From: Methanomassiliicoccaceae archaeon
GTDB taxonomy: Archaea; Thermoplasmatota; Thermoplasmata; Methanomassiliicoccales; UBA472
DNA: 64,000 bases
NCBI GenBank assembly: GCA_963827905.1
Contig: CAWHCB010000013.1
Location: 26,300 to 90,299, forward strand
Direction of reading: 5' to 3'
Below, piece by piece: positions 29,097 through 38,920 of this stretch. The translations under genes were made by a program, and so were the position numbers. Numbering within the stretch: position 1 is the stretch's first letter; every line of letters begins with the position of its first letter. Under the pieces are notes generated by a model. The model saw only the letters and a program-made list of their open reading frames with translations. It had not been told where the DNA came from and ran no database searches.

Positions 29097-29824
29097 GCCA
29101 TCTGCTGCACCGCGCCGCCCTCCACCATGACCATGTACTCCTTCATGGGGATCACCTTGCCTGATTTCTCGATGGCCATACGGACAAGCTTCTTGGAGAC
29201 GCGGCAGCAGGGCACCTCCATATGAAGTAGGGCGACGTCCTGCGGTTCGGCCACTTTGAATATCGCGGCCAGCTTGTCGACGAACTCCTCGTTGTCGTCG
29301 AGCTTGGGGCAACCGATGAGCACCACCCGGTCCTTGATGAAGTCGCGCTGGATCCCACCACAGGCGAAGGCGCTGCAGTCGGCGGCGATGAGCAGCTTTG
29401 CCTTGCGGAGATAGGGGGCATTGGGCGGGACCAAGCGGATCTGGATGGGCCAGTTGGAGAGTTGCGAGGATACTGCCCCGACATCACCAGTAGGATGGGG
29501 CTTGAAGCGTCTCGGACCGGAACCGGGACAGGCCTGCATGGGGATGTCGTCGCAGGATTTCTTGCCCAGGTGCTCCTTTACCGCCTCCTCGTCGAAATCC
29601 TCCGAGTCCCTCTCCACGATGGTCAGGGCCCCGGTGGGGCAGCCGCCTATGCACGCTCCCAGTCCGTCGCAGAAGCGGTCGCTGATGACATGTGCCTTGC
29701 CATCGCGGAGCTCGATGGCGCCCTCCGCGCAGTCCATGACGCATTGGCCACAGCCGTTGCACAGCCCCCGGTCTATACTGATGATCTTACGTCGCACCAT
29801 GCCCTTGACCTTGTACCCTGGCAT
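29093..29824 (-). CDS. 4Fe-4S dicluster domain protein
   Basis: CNGCGQCVMDC and CDGLGACIGGCP ferredoxin motifs at the N-terminus. The C-terminal about 150 aa has extra Cys (CSAFACGG, EVPCC). Confidence 0.65.
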   Translation of the reverse strand: MPGYKVKGMVRRKIISIDRGLCNGCGQCVMDCAEGAIELRDGKAHVISDRFCDGLGACIGGCPTGALTIVERDSEDFDEEAVKEHLGKKSCDDIPMQACPGSGPRRFKPHPTGDVGAVSSQLSNWPIQIRLVPPNAPYLRKAKLLIAADCSAFACGGIQRDFIKDRVVLIGCPKLDDNEEFVDKLAAIFKVAEPQDVALLHMEVPCCRVSKKLVRMAIEKSGKVIPMKEYMVMVEGGAVQQMA

Positions 29825-29849
29825 ATAAATGTCCTTCCCCGAACGCGAC

Positions 29850-30129
29850 CTAATCCTCCATGACGAATCGCTTCAGGGTGCTTTCCACCAGTTCCCATGT
29901 AACCAGGGCGGGCTTCTCGAAAATGGTCACCTCGATCTTGTCGCCCTTGACCTCATATTTGCCCCTGAAGCTGATATGGAAACCGGCCACGTACGGTCCT
30001 CCGTTGAAATGCCCCTTCTCCACATCGCCCTCGAACTCCATGTCTATGGTCCTTGGCCAGCTTACGAAACTGTTCGAACTTCGTCTTCGGGTCCCCTTCG
30101 TACTTAAGGACATAGATACGACCGGTCAT
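29850..30129 (-). CDS. small hypothetical protein (frame interruption near 30055)
   Basis: MTGRIYVLKYEGDPKTKFEQFRKLAK in one frame continues as TIDMEFEGDVEKGHFNGGPYVAGFHISFRGKYEVKGDKIEVTIFEKP... in another. Confidence 0.35.
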
Positions 30130-30237
30130 CCATCTGTGAATGGGTCGGTAGGACTTAATAAAATGATGCAAGGCTAAGGATAATGATGGGTTAGCGATTA
30201 CCCTCCTGTGCTCAAGTTAGCTTGGTAAGGCGGTTGT

Positions 30238-31311
30238 ATGAGGATCGTCGAGGTGAATCCGTTCCATTATCCCTTCCTGGGAGGCATCGAGCACCGAGTG
30301 CACCACATCTCGAAGAGGCTGGCGAAGAAGCATGAGATGATCGTGCTGACCAGCCAACTGGAGGGGACGAGCAAGGAGGAGGTCATCGACGGCTATCGTG
30401 TGGTGCGTCTGCCCTCACGCTACATCGACATCTACAACCCGCCTTATGTATCGACGAAAGGCCTGACGGAGGCGCTCAAAGGTCTGAAGCCGGACCTGGT
30501 GGACTTCCATTACCGCTGGGCTCCGGACTACAACAGGCTGGCACGTCAGTGGACAGGGAAGAAGGTGTTCACGTTCCACAACACCTTCGGGGAGGGCGTG
30601 GGGGTGACCAGATTGCCATCGTTGGTCAACGACCAGATGATTAAGAGACACCTGAAGAAGTTCCCCAAGGTCATTTGCGTCAGTGAGTTCGTGAAGAAGG
30701 ACCTGGACCGCCGAGGCTTCGACCCAACCAGGACGGTCGCCATCCCCAATGGGATCGAGATACCTTGCACCGCGCCGGTCAAGGAGGAGGACTTCATCCT
30801 TTTCATGGGCCGTCTGGTGAACACGAAGGGTTTGGAGTATCTGTCAAGGCCATGAGATAAGTGGACTGTAAACTTGATCATCTGCGGTGGTGGTCCACTA
30901 CAGGACAAATTGACCAGGATGATCGAGAAGGAACGGTCTTCAGAGGAAAAGTTGAGATGACTGGAAGGGTGTGCGAGGAAAGGAAGTGTGAATTGCTCTC
31001 CTCTTGCAAGCTATTTCGTCATGCCATCGATATTCGAATCCTATGGCATCGCAGTGGCGGAGGCAATGTCCTATGGGAAAGCGATTGTTGCGACTGATGT
31101 GGGGGGCCTTCCCGAGGTGGTTCAAGATGGCGGTCTGCTCTGCAGGCCGAATAATCCAAAAGATCTTGCCATGAAGCTATCTACATTATTATTGGACGAA
31201 AACCAAAGGACGGAATGTGCAAAGCGATCAATGATATTGTCCCAATCATACACATGGGACTCCCGGTCTCCTAAGGTCGAGAAGGAATATTTGGATGCTA
31301 TGGCCTATTAA
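30238..31311 (+). pseudogene. family 4 (GT-B) glycosyltransferase, frame interrupted at least 4 times between 30845 and 30990
   Basis: The N-terminal domain is intact (MRIVEVNPFHYPFLGGIEHRV...). The C-terminal domain motifs are scattered over three frames: FMGRLVNTKGLEYL, VNLIICGGGPL, KVEMTGRV..ELLSSCKLF, VMPSIFESYGIAVAEAMSYGKAIVATDVGGLPEVV. There are two in-frame TGA codons in the starting frame. Confidence 0.7.
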
Positions 31312-31354
31312 CTTTTCATTCACTTTTAACTATGACATTCGGTAACAAAACTGA

Positions 31355-33838
31355 TCAGGTGGTGTTGATCATCCATTTCACTTTTTCCATCTGGGGGTAA
31401 TTGAAAATTCTCTCATAGATATGGTATGCTTTTTCGAACTGCTCAAGCGAGGATAATCGATTGCCGACCCTCGCCAACGCCTCTCCATACCAAACTCGAG
31501 CCATGGCCTCCAGTAAAAGACCGTTTGGCGTATCCTTCATCAATTCGAACGAATCCTCAAATGCCATCGAGCCATCAACCAATCGATCTTGGGTTGCCAG
31601 ATATTTTCCTTTAGCTGCTAAATAAAAACAACGAGTAGTAGAATGAAGGCTCCAGTTGATGCCCTTCTCGATTTGAGCCGCCTCATCATAAATCACTTTA
31701 GCCTCATCAAAATATTCATTTTTTAGGCACGCATAGAATACTCCAGTCAGACCTAGCAACATTGCATAGGGGGATTGGATCTCTTTTGCCGCTTCAAGAC
31801 CATTCCTTGCTTCTATTAGGGCAGTTTTATGATCTCCTAGGGCATCGTATACCAATGAACGATTAATGCTCGACCAACAAATATTTGCCAATTGGCCGGT
31901 CCTTTCACCGATATCGATGCTCTTGCTCAATCGCTCTACCGCCTCCCTCCAGTCCCCTATATGGAAATAAACCATTCCCGAGTAATAGCACGCTTCCATC
32001 TCCCCATAGAAACCTGGTGATTCTTCACTAATCCGCAATGCCTCATCCACCGATGCTAACGCTTTTTCAATCTTCCCCTGAGTCAAATAAACGTCACCGA
32101 GATAACAGTACAAGCGTGCAGTAAGATCATCGTTCTCAGCCAACAAAGAAGAGGAGATAGCTTTAGTATAGCACCTCTCAGCCTCATCGAAGTTCCCTTG
32201 CCAAAGGAAGACGTTGGCACGAGTTCCCAAAATCTCTGCCAATTCGTTTGGGTTGTTTGAGGCGGCATCCTCAGCCATGTTCAATCTTTCAAGTACATTT
32301 TCCATCTCTCCTCTCAACAGGGAGATCTCTGCCAGGTACCTAAGGGCACGGGCATCAATCTTTTCGATGCCGCTGAAATCAATTATTTCTTTGATCTGTG
32401 CTTCTGCATCGACAAAATTTCCAATCTGGATGTTCGCATACGCTAGACCCATCTTTGCCCTGCTCCAATAAGCATTTTTTTCGGATTGGTTCTCTGCGAT
32501 TTTTAAAATATTGATAAAATATGGAACAGCCTGGATGGCCGCCCCTTTGGCAACCAGTTCCTCTCCAGTACAAACCGCATATTTGACGTAACGGGAGTCG
32601 TCTTTCGCCTCAAAGAAATGGTAGGCTAGCAGAGCAGCTTTTTCTGGAAATTCTTTTTGTTCTAATGTCTCCCCAATCAAACGATGATACTCTGACCGTC
32701 TAGCTTTCGATATTGATTCATAAGTGATCTGACGGAAGATATGATGCCGGAATTGGTAACCATCCGATATTTCAGCTATCAAACCGTACATACTCTCCAT
32801 CCTGTCCAGTTCCTTAATGAGAATCAATGGTTGTAAATTGGATACCGTTTTAACCGTATCAACCTCAAAACGATAACCAACTACAGATGCTATTTCTAAA
32901 ATGCGTCTCTGCTCCGGTTTCAATCCTTCCAATCTTCTCAGGATTATCTCTTTTATGGTGGGGGGGATCTCAAGACGTTTCCCTGGAGATATTCTCCACT
33001 CCCCTCCCATCATTTCGATTATTCTAGAATTTTTTAATATTTTAATCGTCTCAATTATATATAATGGATTACCTTCACACTCGAAAGCAACTCTCTCAAT
33101 GACCTCCTTATTTGCATTACATCCTAACACGTCGCTAATTATCTCAGCAGTATCTTGAATTTCCAACCCACCCAACTCGATCTCTTCGACCAATCCCTCC
33201 CTTCTCATCAATCTAAGAACATCAAATAACGAGTTGGTGTTCTGTCCTTCCAACGGTAAGATTTCCTCTGTTCGATAGGTTCCAAGAATTAGTATTTTTT
33301 CGGATTTCACGTTCCTGGCCAAGAAGTGAAGTAATTGGACGCTTTGAGGATCAGCCCATTGTAGGTCCTCAATTCGAATAATCAAAGGTCTTAACCGACT
33401 CCTCTCTTTAACAAATTCCAAGGCTGCAAAAAGAATACGATCTGGGCTCCATGTTGTATCAATTACATGAGTTGATTCCTTATCGCTGCAAACATAGTTC
33501 TCTCCAAAAATCGTTTTTGTTTCCTTTACCTTATCTACAGCACCAATTATTTTTGGTAATGGTTCTGATATATTAGCCTTGTTAAACGCCTCTATAAAGG
33601 GGAGATAGGGTAAAGGGATACCAGGTAAACAGCTACCCGATATACAAGAGCAATTAGTGCTCATTGCTCTCTCCAGGAATTCGTCAGCCAATCGAGATTT
33701 TCCGATACCGGCCTCTCCCGATATCAAAACTAACGTCCCCTTCCTGATCATCGTATTGCTGAGGTATGAAAAAAGGCGATCCCTTTCATCGATTCTTCCC
33801 ACAAAACGATTAGGGACGTTCGTTTTAGTTAACATCAT
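31355..33838 (-). CDS. STAND-class NTPase (AAA_16-type P-loop) with C-terminal TPR array and no N-terminal effector domain
   Basis: 827 aa, uninterrupted. FVGRIDERDRL...LVLISGEAGIGKSRL (Walker A at about residue 42), LIIRIEDLQWAD (Walker B), a winged-helix-like middle, then about 350 aa of TPR-like repeats. Confidence 0.8.
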   Translation of the reverse strand: MMLTKTNVPNRFVGRIDERDRLFSYLSNTMIRKGTLVLISGEAGIGKSRLADEFLERAMSTNCSCISGSCLPGIPLPYLPFIEAFNKANISEPLPKIIGAVDKVKETKTIFGENYVCSDKESTHVIDTTWSPDRILFAALEFVKERSRLRPLIIRIEDLQWADPQSVQLLHFLARNVKSEKILILGTYRTEEILPLEGQNTNSLFDVLRLMRREGLVEEIELGGLEIQDTAEIISDVLGCNANKEVIERVAFECEGNPLYIIETIKILKNSRIIEMMGGEWRISPGKRLEIPPTIKEIILRRLEGLKPEQRRILEIASVVGYRFEVDTVKTVSNLQPLILIKELDRMESMYGLIAEISDGYQFRHHIFRQITYESISKARRSEYHRLIGETLEQKEFPEKAALLAYHFFEAKDDSRYVKYAVCTGEELVAKGAAIQAVPYFINILKIAENQSEKNAYWSRAKMGLAYANIQIGNFVDAEAQIKEIIDFSGIEKIDARALRYLAEISLLRGEMENVLERLNMAEDAASNNPNELAEILGTRANVFLWQGNFDEAERCYTKAISSSLLAENDDLTARLYCYLGDVYLTQGKIEKALASVDEALRISEESPGFYGEMEACYYSGMVYFHIGDWREAVERLSKSIDIGERTGQLANICWSSINRSLVYDALGDHKTALIEARNGLEAAKEIQSPYAMLLGLTGVFYACLKNEYFDEAKVIYDEAAQIEKGINWSLHSTTRCFYLAAKGKYLATQDRLVDGSMAFEDSFELMKDTPNGLLLEAMARVWYGEALARVGNRLSSLEQFEKAYHIYERIFNYPQMEKVKWMINTT

Positions 33839-33995
33839 AAGTAATATCCGGAATACTTTTATTAAACATGTGATGGTAAAATGAGCAAATAGTAACTTAA
33901 GGATTAAAAAATTAATTAAAAATTTTTACGAAACACAAAAACATCAAATAATAGGGATGGGTATTTTTCAATAAGAAACTAGGGGGGGTTATACT

Positions 33996-34562
33996 ATGGA
34001 TAGATTGAGGAAAGAGCTTAAGGATATTATCGATGAGCAAATTAAGTTTCTGCAGGACAAAGGGATCGATGTAACAGGCATCGATTTCTTTGTCGACTAT
34101 GGAGATTTCGACTCTGAGGATATTTGTCATCTGCTCCATCTTGTGAAGTCATTTGATGAAATGGTACTCAACGGAGTTGATTTTAATCACTGTTTGATAT
34201 CCTATAAAGGAAAGCGCTTCCTTTTCTACAATGCGCGATTGAATTTGATGAAGTTTTCATCTCCAAGCCCATATGTGTTAACCCTTAGGAAACCCACAAG
34301 TCCGGAAACAATTGAAATTCAAGCAGGAATTGTTCCTCTGGCCATCCCAACAAAATGCAACTCAGGACACACCTTGGTCACAGCACCGAACGGGAACAAG
34401 GTTTGTCCTTATGCCACCCACGGATCTGATTATTGGTATTGCACAACCTGTGGGACTGTCCGATCAGGCACCAACATCACCCATGATGCTGGCGGAGACA
34501 GTGCGACCTGTCGTTGTAACGGTTCTCCGAATAGTTGCACGAAGATTAAGGGAAGATATTGA
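33996..34562 (+). CDS. hypothetical protein with Cys/His-rich C-terminus
   Basis: 188 aa. The C-terminus reads CNSGH...CPYATHGSDYWYCTTCG...CRCNGSPNSC. It is divergent from the STAND gene across a 157-bp AT-rich spacer and lies 31 nt upstream of the protease gene. No family recognised. Confidence 0.5.
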   Translation: MDRLRKELKDIIDEQIKFLQDKGIDVTGIDFFVDYGDFDSEDICHLLHLVKSFDEMVLNGVDFNHCLISYKGKRFLFYNARLNLMKFSSPSPYVLTLRKPTSPETIEIQAGIVPLAIPTKCNSGHTLVTAPNGNKVCPYATHGSDYWYCTTCGTVRSGTNITHDAGGDSATCRCNGSPNSCTKIKGRY

Positions 34563-34593
34563 TCGGGAGAGGATTGATTTGGCAACAGCAAAA

Positions 34594-37310
34594 ATGAGGA
34601 AAACCATCCTTCCTTCGGTAATTTCTATTCTCATTGTCACACTATTTTTTGCATCTGCGGTTGCCATGGCCATCCCCAACTCACAATATGGTCCGTCCAA
34701 CGAAGGATCGTATGATGACTCCGGAATGAGCATGCCGATGGACATGGACAACTTGGTTAGATCCAATCATCCTGTTCCTCAGAATTTCACATCTCTTCAA
34801 AGTGCAGTCCTCAATTTCTGAAAAAGATATTTCTTTAGACGCTGCTTTAGGGGAAAAGAGGAATTATTATACAGGTTGGTGGGGCAAATGGAGCCTGAAT
34901 GTGACTGACCCGTCGGATTTCATGACTTTCACAAAGAGGGCCGAGTCATCCACATGCGAAATCTGGGTAGCTGACGATCTGTCATTCATGCCAACAGACC
35001 CGAGAAACGATGATCCCCTCAAGATATCGATCTCCGATGACCAGTTAAAACTTCTAATGAAGGAATGGGATAAGAATATCTACCCCCGAATGTCAGATCA
35101 GCTCGGGTCGCCATTACCAAGGGATGGAATGGACGGTTCATGGGCAGAATGGGGATATCCAACATTTGAGACGGACGTTCCAGAACGAATCATGATCATG
35201 GTCTTTAACATAGTGGACGATTCATTTTGGGACGCATCCCTCCCGTTTTATGGGCAGGGGTTCTTTGATTATTATTGGCTCGAGGGCTACGATAGGAACA
35301 TTATCCACATCAGTAGCTATGATTGGGCAGATAGACTTGGAGCGGATAAAGGGATTTATTCTTACCAGTATGAATATATTTTGACTCATGAATATGCTCA
35401 CCTACTGCATAATGATCACAACACCTGGCAAGAATTGTTCATCGATGAAGGATGTGCTGAATATGCCTGGTTGCTGATGGGGCACGGGGTCAATTACGTC
35501 CAATATGAGAAGATATCAGATTTCCTTGCCACCCCGGACAACTCACTTACAGTATGGTATGACCAATGGGCGACCATGAATTTGGCCGATTATGGCGCTG
35601 CCTACTTGTTCGTTATCTATCTGGCCGATCATTTCGGAAACGAGATCGTGCGCGACCTGATCGATACCAGTGGATCGGGGCATCGTTGCAGTGGACACGG
35701 CACTTCAAAAAAATGGCTATCCAGATTGGAGTTTCAATGAGGTCTTTAGATATTGGAGAATTGCCAACCTGATTCACTCTGACGACGTCGGCGATGGTTG
35801 GTATAACTATCGCTCGATTGACCTATCATCTTCATCATTGGGAGCTCTTAGGATTTACGATTATTCACACAAATCAATTCCCTGGATGGATTCAGCCGCA
35901 GAGGGCTTTGGGAATACGATCTCAAGGGGTGGTCTCGACACCGGGATATCGATTTTAGGTCCTTATGGAACGGATTATATCCACGTGACGAACAGTGGCA
36001 AGATATGGTCTACCTCCTTAGATCGAAGGGCGACCTCATTTAAATTCGATGGAGAGGATGTTATGCAGGGTTGGCAACGCCAACCTTGCCCAAAGATGCC
36101 CTTGGGTTGGGAAACAAAGAGTAATATGGCTTATTCAGCTCCTTGGCAGATCGATTATGAGGGGGTCCAATATCTAGACGCACACATCAAGGATCACGAT
36201 TTCAATGCGATCGCTCAATCGAACAACCTTGATGATGAGCCGGTGGACGAGCTATTATTAACACCTCAAATCAACGTGGAAGGAAAGACCGGGATAAGTC
36301 TGCAATTCGATTATTGGTATTATAGTGGATGGAGGGAATTCCCTAACGATCATCCAGACAGTTCGGCTGAGATCTTGTTATCTCTGGATGGGGGTGTGAA
36401 TTTCAATCCAATATATACCTTGGAAAACACCTATGCCGAGTGGTATACTTCCATCATCAGTCTTGATGAATATTCATACCATTCCGATCTAAGAATTGCA
36501 TTCCGATACTATGACAACAGCGAACCAGGGAATTGGGGGATGCTCTTCGTCGACAACGTAAAATTTCTTGAAACCCCAGACTCCTCATTATTCATCGAGG
36601 ACTTCGATAATGATATTTTGGACACATGGTGGTCAGATACCGGCGACAGCGTCGATTATTCCCTTTTGGGAGAAGTGAACGTTCCAAGCACCTCTTCTTC
36701 ACAACTTACCATCGAAACAATATGGAGGATGGAAACTCCATATGACGGCGGCCTCCTCGAAGTCTCTATCGATGGTGGTGTCAATTGGGAAGCATTATCC
36801 AATGAATACACTGTTGTTAACGAGGGTGAGGCATTAATGCCCGAAATTAATGACAGGCCAGTTTTAAATGGTGCGTACATGTGGACATCGTCCAATGAAT
36901 GGGTGCGAATGAGCTACGATCTTACCCCTTACTCGGGCCTTCATGTCCTCTACCGATTCAGGTTGATAACGGACGATGCCTTCACGGATTGTGGATGGTT
37001 CATCAGGAATATATGGTTCAATGGTGAATTGGTGGATCCCAGCACCATGACCCCCACGCCACATCCTAAGGATGACTGGATGGTGACGGTATATTTCCCC
37101 GCCTATCATGTCCCACACCGTCCCCATCTTCCAGCCAGGATAATAGAAATCGATCCAAAAGAGAGTGTGGAGACAGGGCTATTGAGATTGAGCAAATACT
37201 CGCAATATCCTGAAATGTACATCATAATCTCTGACACAATCGGACCGAACGACTATGGGTTTGGAATCATTGAAAAATCCAGTAAGTTAAAAATCGAAGG
37301 TCATGAATAG
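34594..37310 (+). CDS. large secreted zinc metallopeptidase (gluzincin, peptidase-MA/InhA-like), two frame interruptions near 34820 and 35675
   Basis: Signal peptide MRKTILPSVISILIVTLFFASAVAMA. The catalytic block is THEYAHLLHNDHNTWQELFIDEGCAEYA (HExxH plus a Glu about 20 residues downstream). It is followed by about 550 aa of beta-rich domains. Confidence 0.65.
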
Positions 37311-37334
37311 GAATCATTTCCAGTAAGAGAGATA

Positions 37335-37410
37335 TGGTGGGTCTGTCCAGATTTGAACTGGAGTCACCAGCACCCCAAGCTGGAAGGATACCAAGCTACC
37401 CCACAGACCC
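37335..37410 (-). tRNA. tRNA-Pro (anticodon GGG), CCA encoded
   Basis: Hand-folded cloverleaf: GGGTCTG/CAGACCC acceptor, CCAGC-TTGGGGT-GCTGG anticodon arm, TCCAG-TTCAAAT-CTGGA T arm. 76 nt including 3' CCA. Confidence 0.9.
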
Positions 37411-37439
37411 ATTGATAAAGGGGTTGAGTTTAAAGGGTT

Positions 37440-37632
37440 TCAACCGAGGGGTATGAGCTCCTCGAGCAGGTCCGAGTGCGATATGATCATGCGGCGGCAG
37501 CAGTAGCGCCTCAGACCGAGGTCGTCCAGCACTTCCTTCGGCGTCCTCTCCCATCTGCACCCTCTTGACGAAGGTCTGATAGGAGGAACCGACCACCTTG
37601 CCGCACGTGAAACATCTCACCGGTATTATCAT
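37440..37632 (-). CDS. rpoN: DNA-directed RNA polymerase subunit N (Rpb10 homologue), one extra base near 37535
   Basis: [32 protein letters not shown] then a frame shift. Removing one G from GAAGGAAG restores [31 protein letters not shown]. The span is 193 nt, which is 64 codons plus 1. Confidence 0.85.
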
Positions 37633-37636
37633 CTGC

Positions 37637-38038
37637 TCACCTGTAGCTCTTCTGCCTCTTCTTCCGAGCACCACGGCCCAGGGGCTTCTTCGGCAGCTTC
37701 CGGCGCACATCAGAGATGAGCATCGACCGGTCGTACTGCTTGAAGGCCCTTGCCAGCTCATCGTCCTCGTAATAATCGACGATGGCCTTAGCGATTGCGG
37801 TCCGGGTGGCCTCGGCCTGACCCATGACGCCGCCGCCGGCGACCGACACATCGATGTCCACCTTGGACGCTTTGTCCGGGATAAGAGCCAAGGGCTCCAT
37901 GATCTTCATGCGGGCCAGCTCCGGCTGCCATGCCTCCACCGGGACCGAGTTGATCCTCAATTTGCCGGATCCCTCGGTGATGGTGGCGCGGGCGACGGCG
38001 GTCTTCCGCTTTCCGCTCGTGTTGATGACTTTAACCAT
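37637..38038 (-). CDS. rps9: 30S ribosomal protein S9 (uS9)
   Basis: 133 aa. [10 protein letters not shown]...[18 protein letters not shown]... with C-terminal KKRQKSYR. Confidence 0.9.
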   Translation of the reverse strand: MVKVINTSGKRKTAVARATITEGSGKLRINSVPVEAWQPELARMKIMEPLALIPDKASKVDIDVSVAGGGVMGQAEATRTAIAKAIVDYYEDDELARAFKQYDRSMLISDVRRKLPKKPLGRGARKKRQKSYR

Positions 38039-38042
38039 TGTA

Positions 38043-38468
38043 TCACCTCACCTTCGAACCAAGGGACTCAGCGATGTCCCCGATGGTGATGTACCTGCCA
38101 GTCGTGCTGCGCAACGCGGTCTCCACCTTCATCTTCTCAGAGCCGGTGAACTCCTCGGGTACGCCCACATAGACCTTCAGGCGCTTGTAGGCGGCCCTTC
38201 CCATGGGCCGGTCGTAGGGCAGCATGCCCCTGACCATCCTCTTCAGGATGAGGTCCGCGCGCCTGGGGTAGAACGGACCGGAGTGCGAGTAGCCGCGGTC
38301 GCGCTTTGCCTTGTAGTTCTCCAGGATGTTGTCCCGGTCGCCAGTGACGATCGCCTTCTCGGCGTTGACTATGACGATGTCCTCTCCCTTGAGCAATTGG
38401 TGGGCCACGGTTGTCGCCAGACGACCGGCCACATGTTTCTCAGCATCATATACGATCATCCAATTCAC
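38043..38468 (-). CDS. rpl13: 50S ribosomal protein L13 (uL13)
   Basis: 141 aa. [34 protein letters not shown]...MLPY. It sits in the conserved L18e-L13-S9-RpoN order. Confidence 0.9.
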   Translation of the reverse strand: MNWMIVYDAEKHVAGRLATTVAHQLLKGEDIVIVNAEKAIVTGDRDNILENYKAKRDRGYSHSGPFYPRRADLILKRMVRGMLPYDRPMGRAAYKRLKVYVGVPEEFTGSEKMKVETALRSTTGRYITIGDIAESLGSKVR

Positions 38469-38824
38469 CTCATGATCTTGACGCCGGAGCCGTTGGGGTT
38501 CTGCTTGACCAGTTCCATGATGGTCAGGTTGCTCCCGCCGGCCTCCGCGATGCCTTTCTTCGCGGAATCGGAGAAATCGTAAGCGGCCACAGTGATCTTC
38601 TTGCTTATGGCCCCTGCTCCCAGCACCTTGCCGGCGACGACCACTACGTCGCCGTCGGAGGTGAATCGCTCCAACTTGCTCAGGTTTACCTCTGCCCAGT
38701 TCCTTCTGGGCTTCTCCAAACGCAGAGCAATGTCTCGCCAGATGTCCGCACCGTTCTCCCTCGAGGACCTCTTCAGGTCGTCGACGAGGGTGACCAGGTT
38801 CGGATCGGTCTTCTTAAGTGTCAT
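38465..38824 (-). CDS. rpl18e: 50S ribosomal protein L18e
   Basis: 119 aa. TDPNLVTLVDDLKR...NLSKLERF...VVVAGKVLGAG. A TATATTAAA-like box lies at 38871-38880 upstream. Confidence 0.9.
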   Translation of the reverse strand: MTLKKTDPNLVTLVDDLKRSSRENGADIWRDIALRLEKPRRNWAEVNLSKLERFTSDGDVVVVAGKVLGAGAISKKITVAAYDFSDSAKKGIAEAGGSNLTIMELVKQNPNGSGVKIMR

Positions 38825-38920
38825 AGTTCTGACTCTCCCGACATTGGTATCCGTCGCTAATGGAGAGGGGTTTAATATACCTTTCCCATCGGGCGGACCG
38901 GGCTTTGGGCGAGGCCAGGC

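Larger units (their letters stand above)
30900..37334. other. AT-rich genomic island abutting the 3' end of tRNA-Pro (compositional call by eye, left edge approximate)
   Basis: The sequence switches from G+C-rich to clearly A+T-rich between about 30.9 and 37.33 kb. It reverts immediately at the tRNA-Pro/rpoN boundary. The gene content (STAND NTPase, orphan, giant protease) is non-housekeeping. No integrase or att repeat was found. Confidence 0.5.

Noticed and set aside
30853-30957. Two in-frame TGA codons in the glycosyltransferase as selenocysteine or recoding sites.
   Set aside because: The conserved GT4 motifs around them sit in the other two frames. Multiple indels are therefore the simpler explanation, and there is no Cys/Sec-type active site context.
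30000-31400. att-type direct repeat of the tRNA-Pro 3' half at the far edge of the AT-rich island.
   Set aside because: I could not find a copy of TGGTGGGTCTGTCCAGATTTGAAC or a substantial part of it by eye. This needs a computational search, so the island is reported without claimed boundaries.
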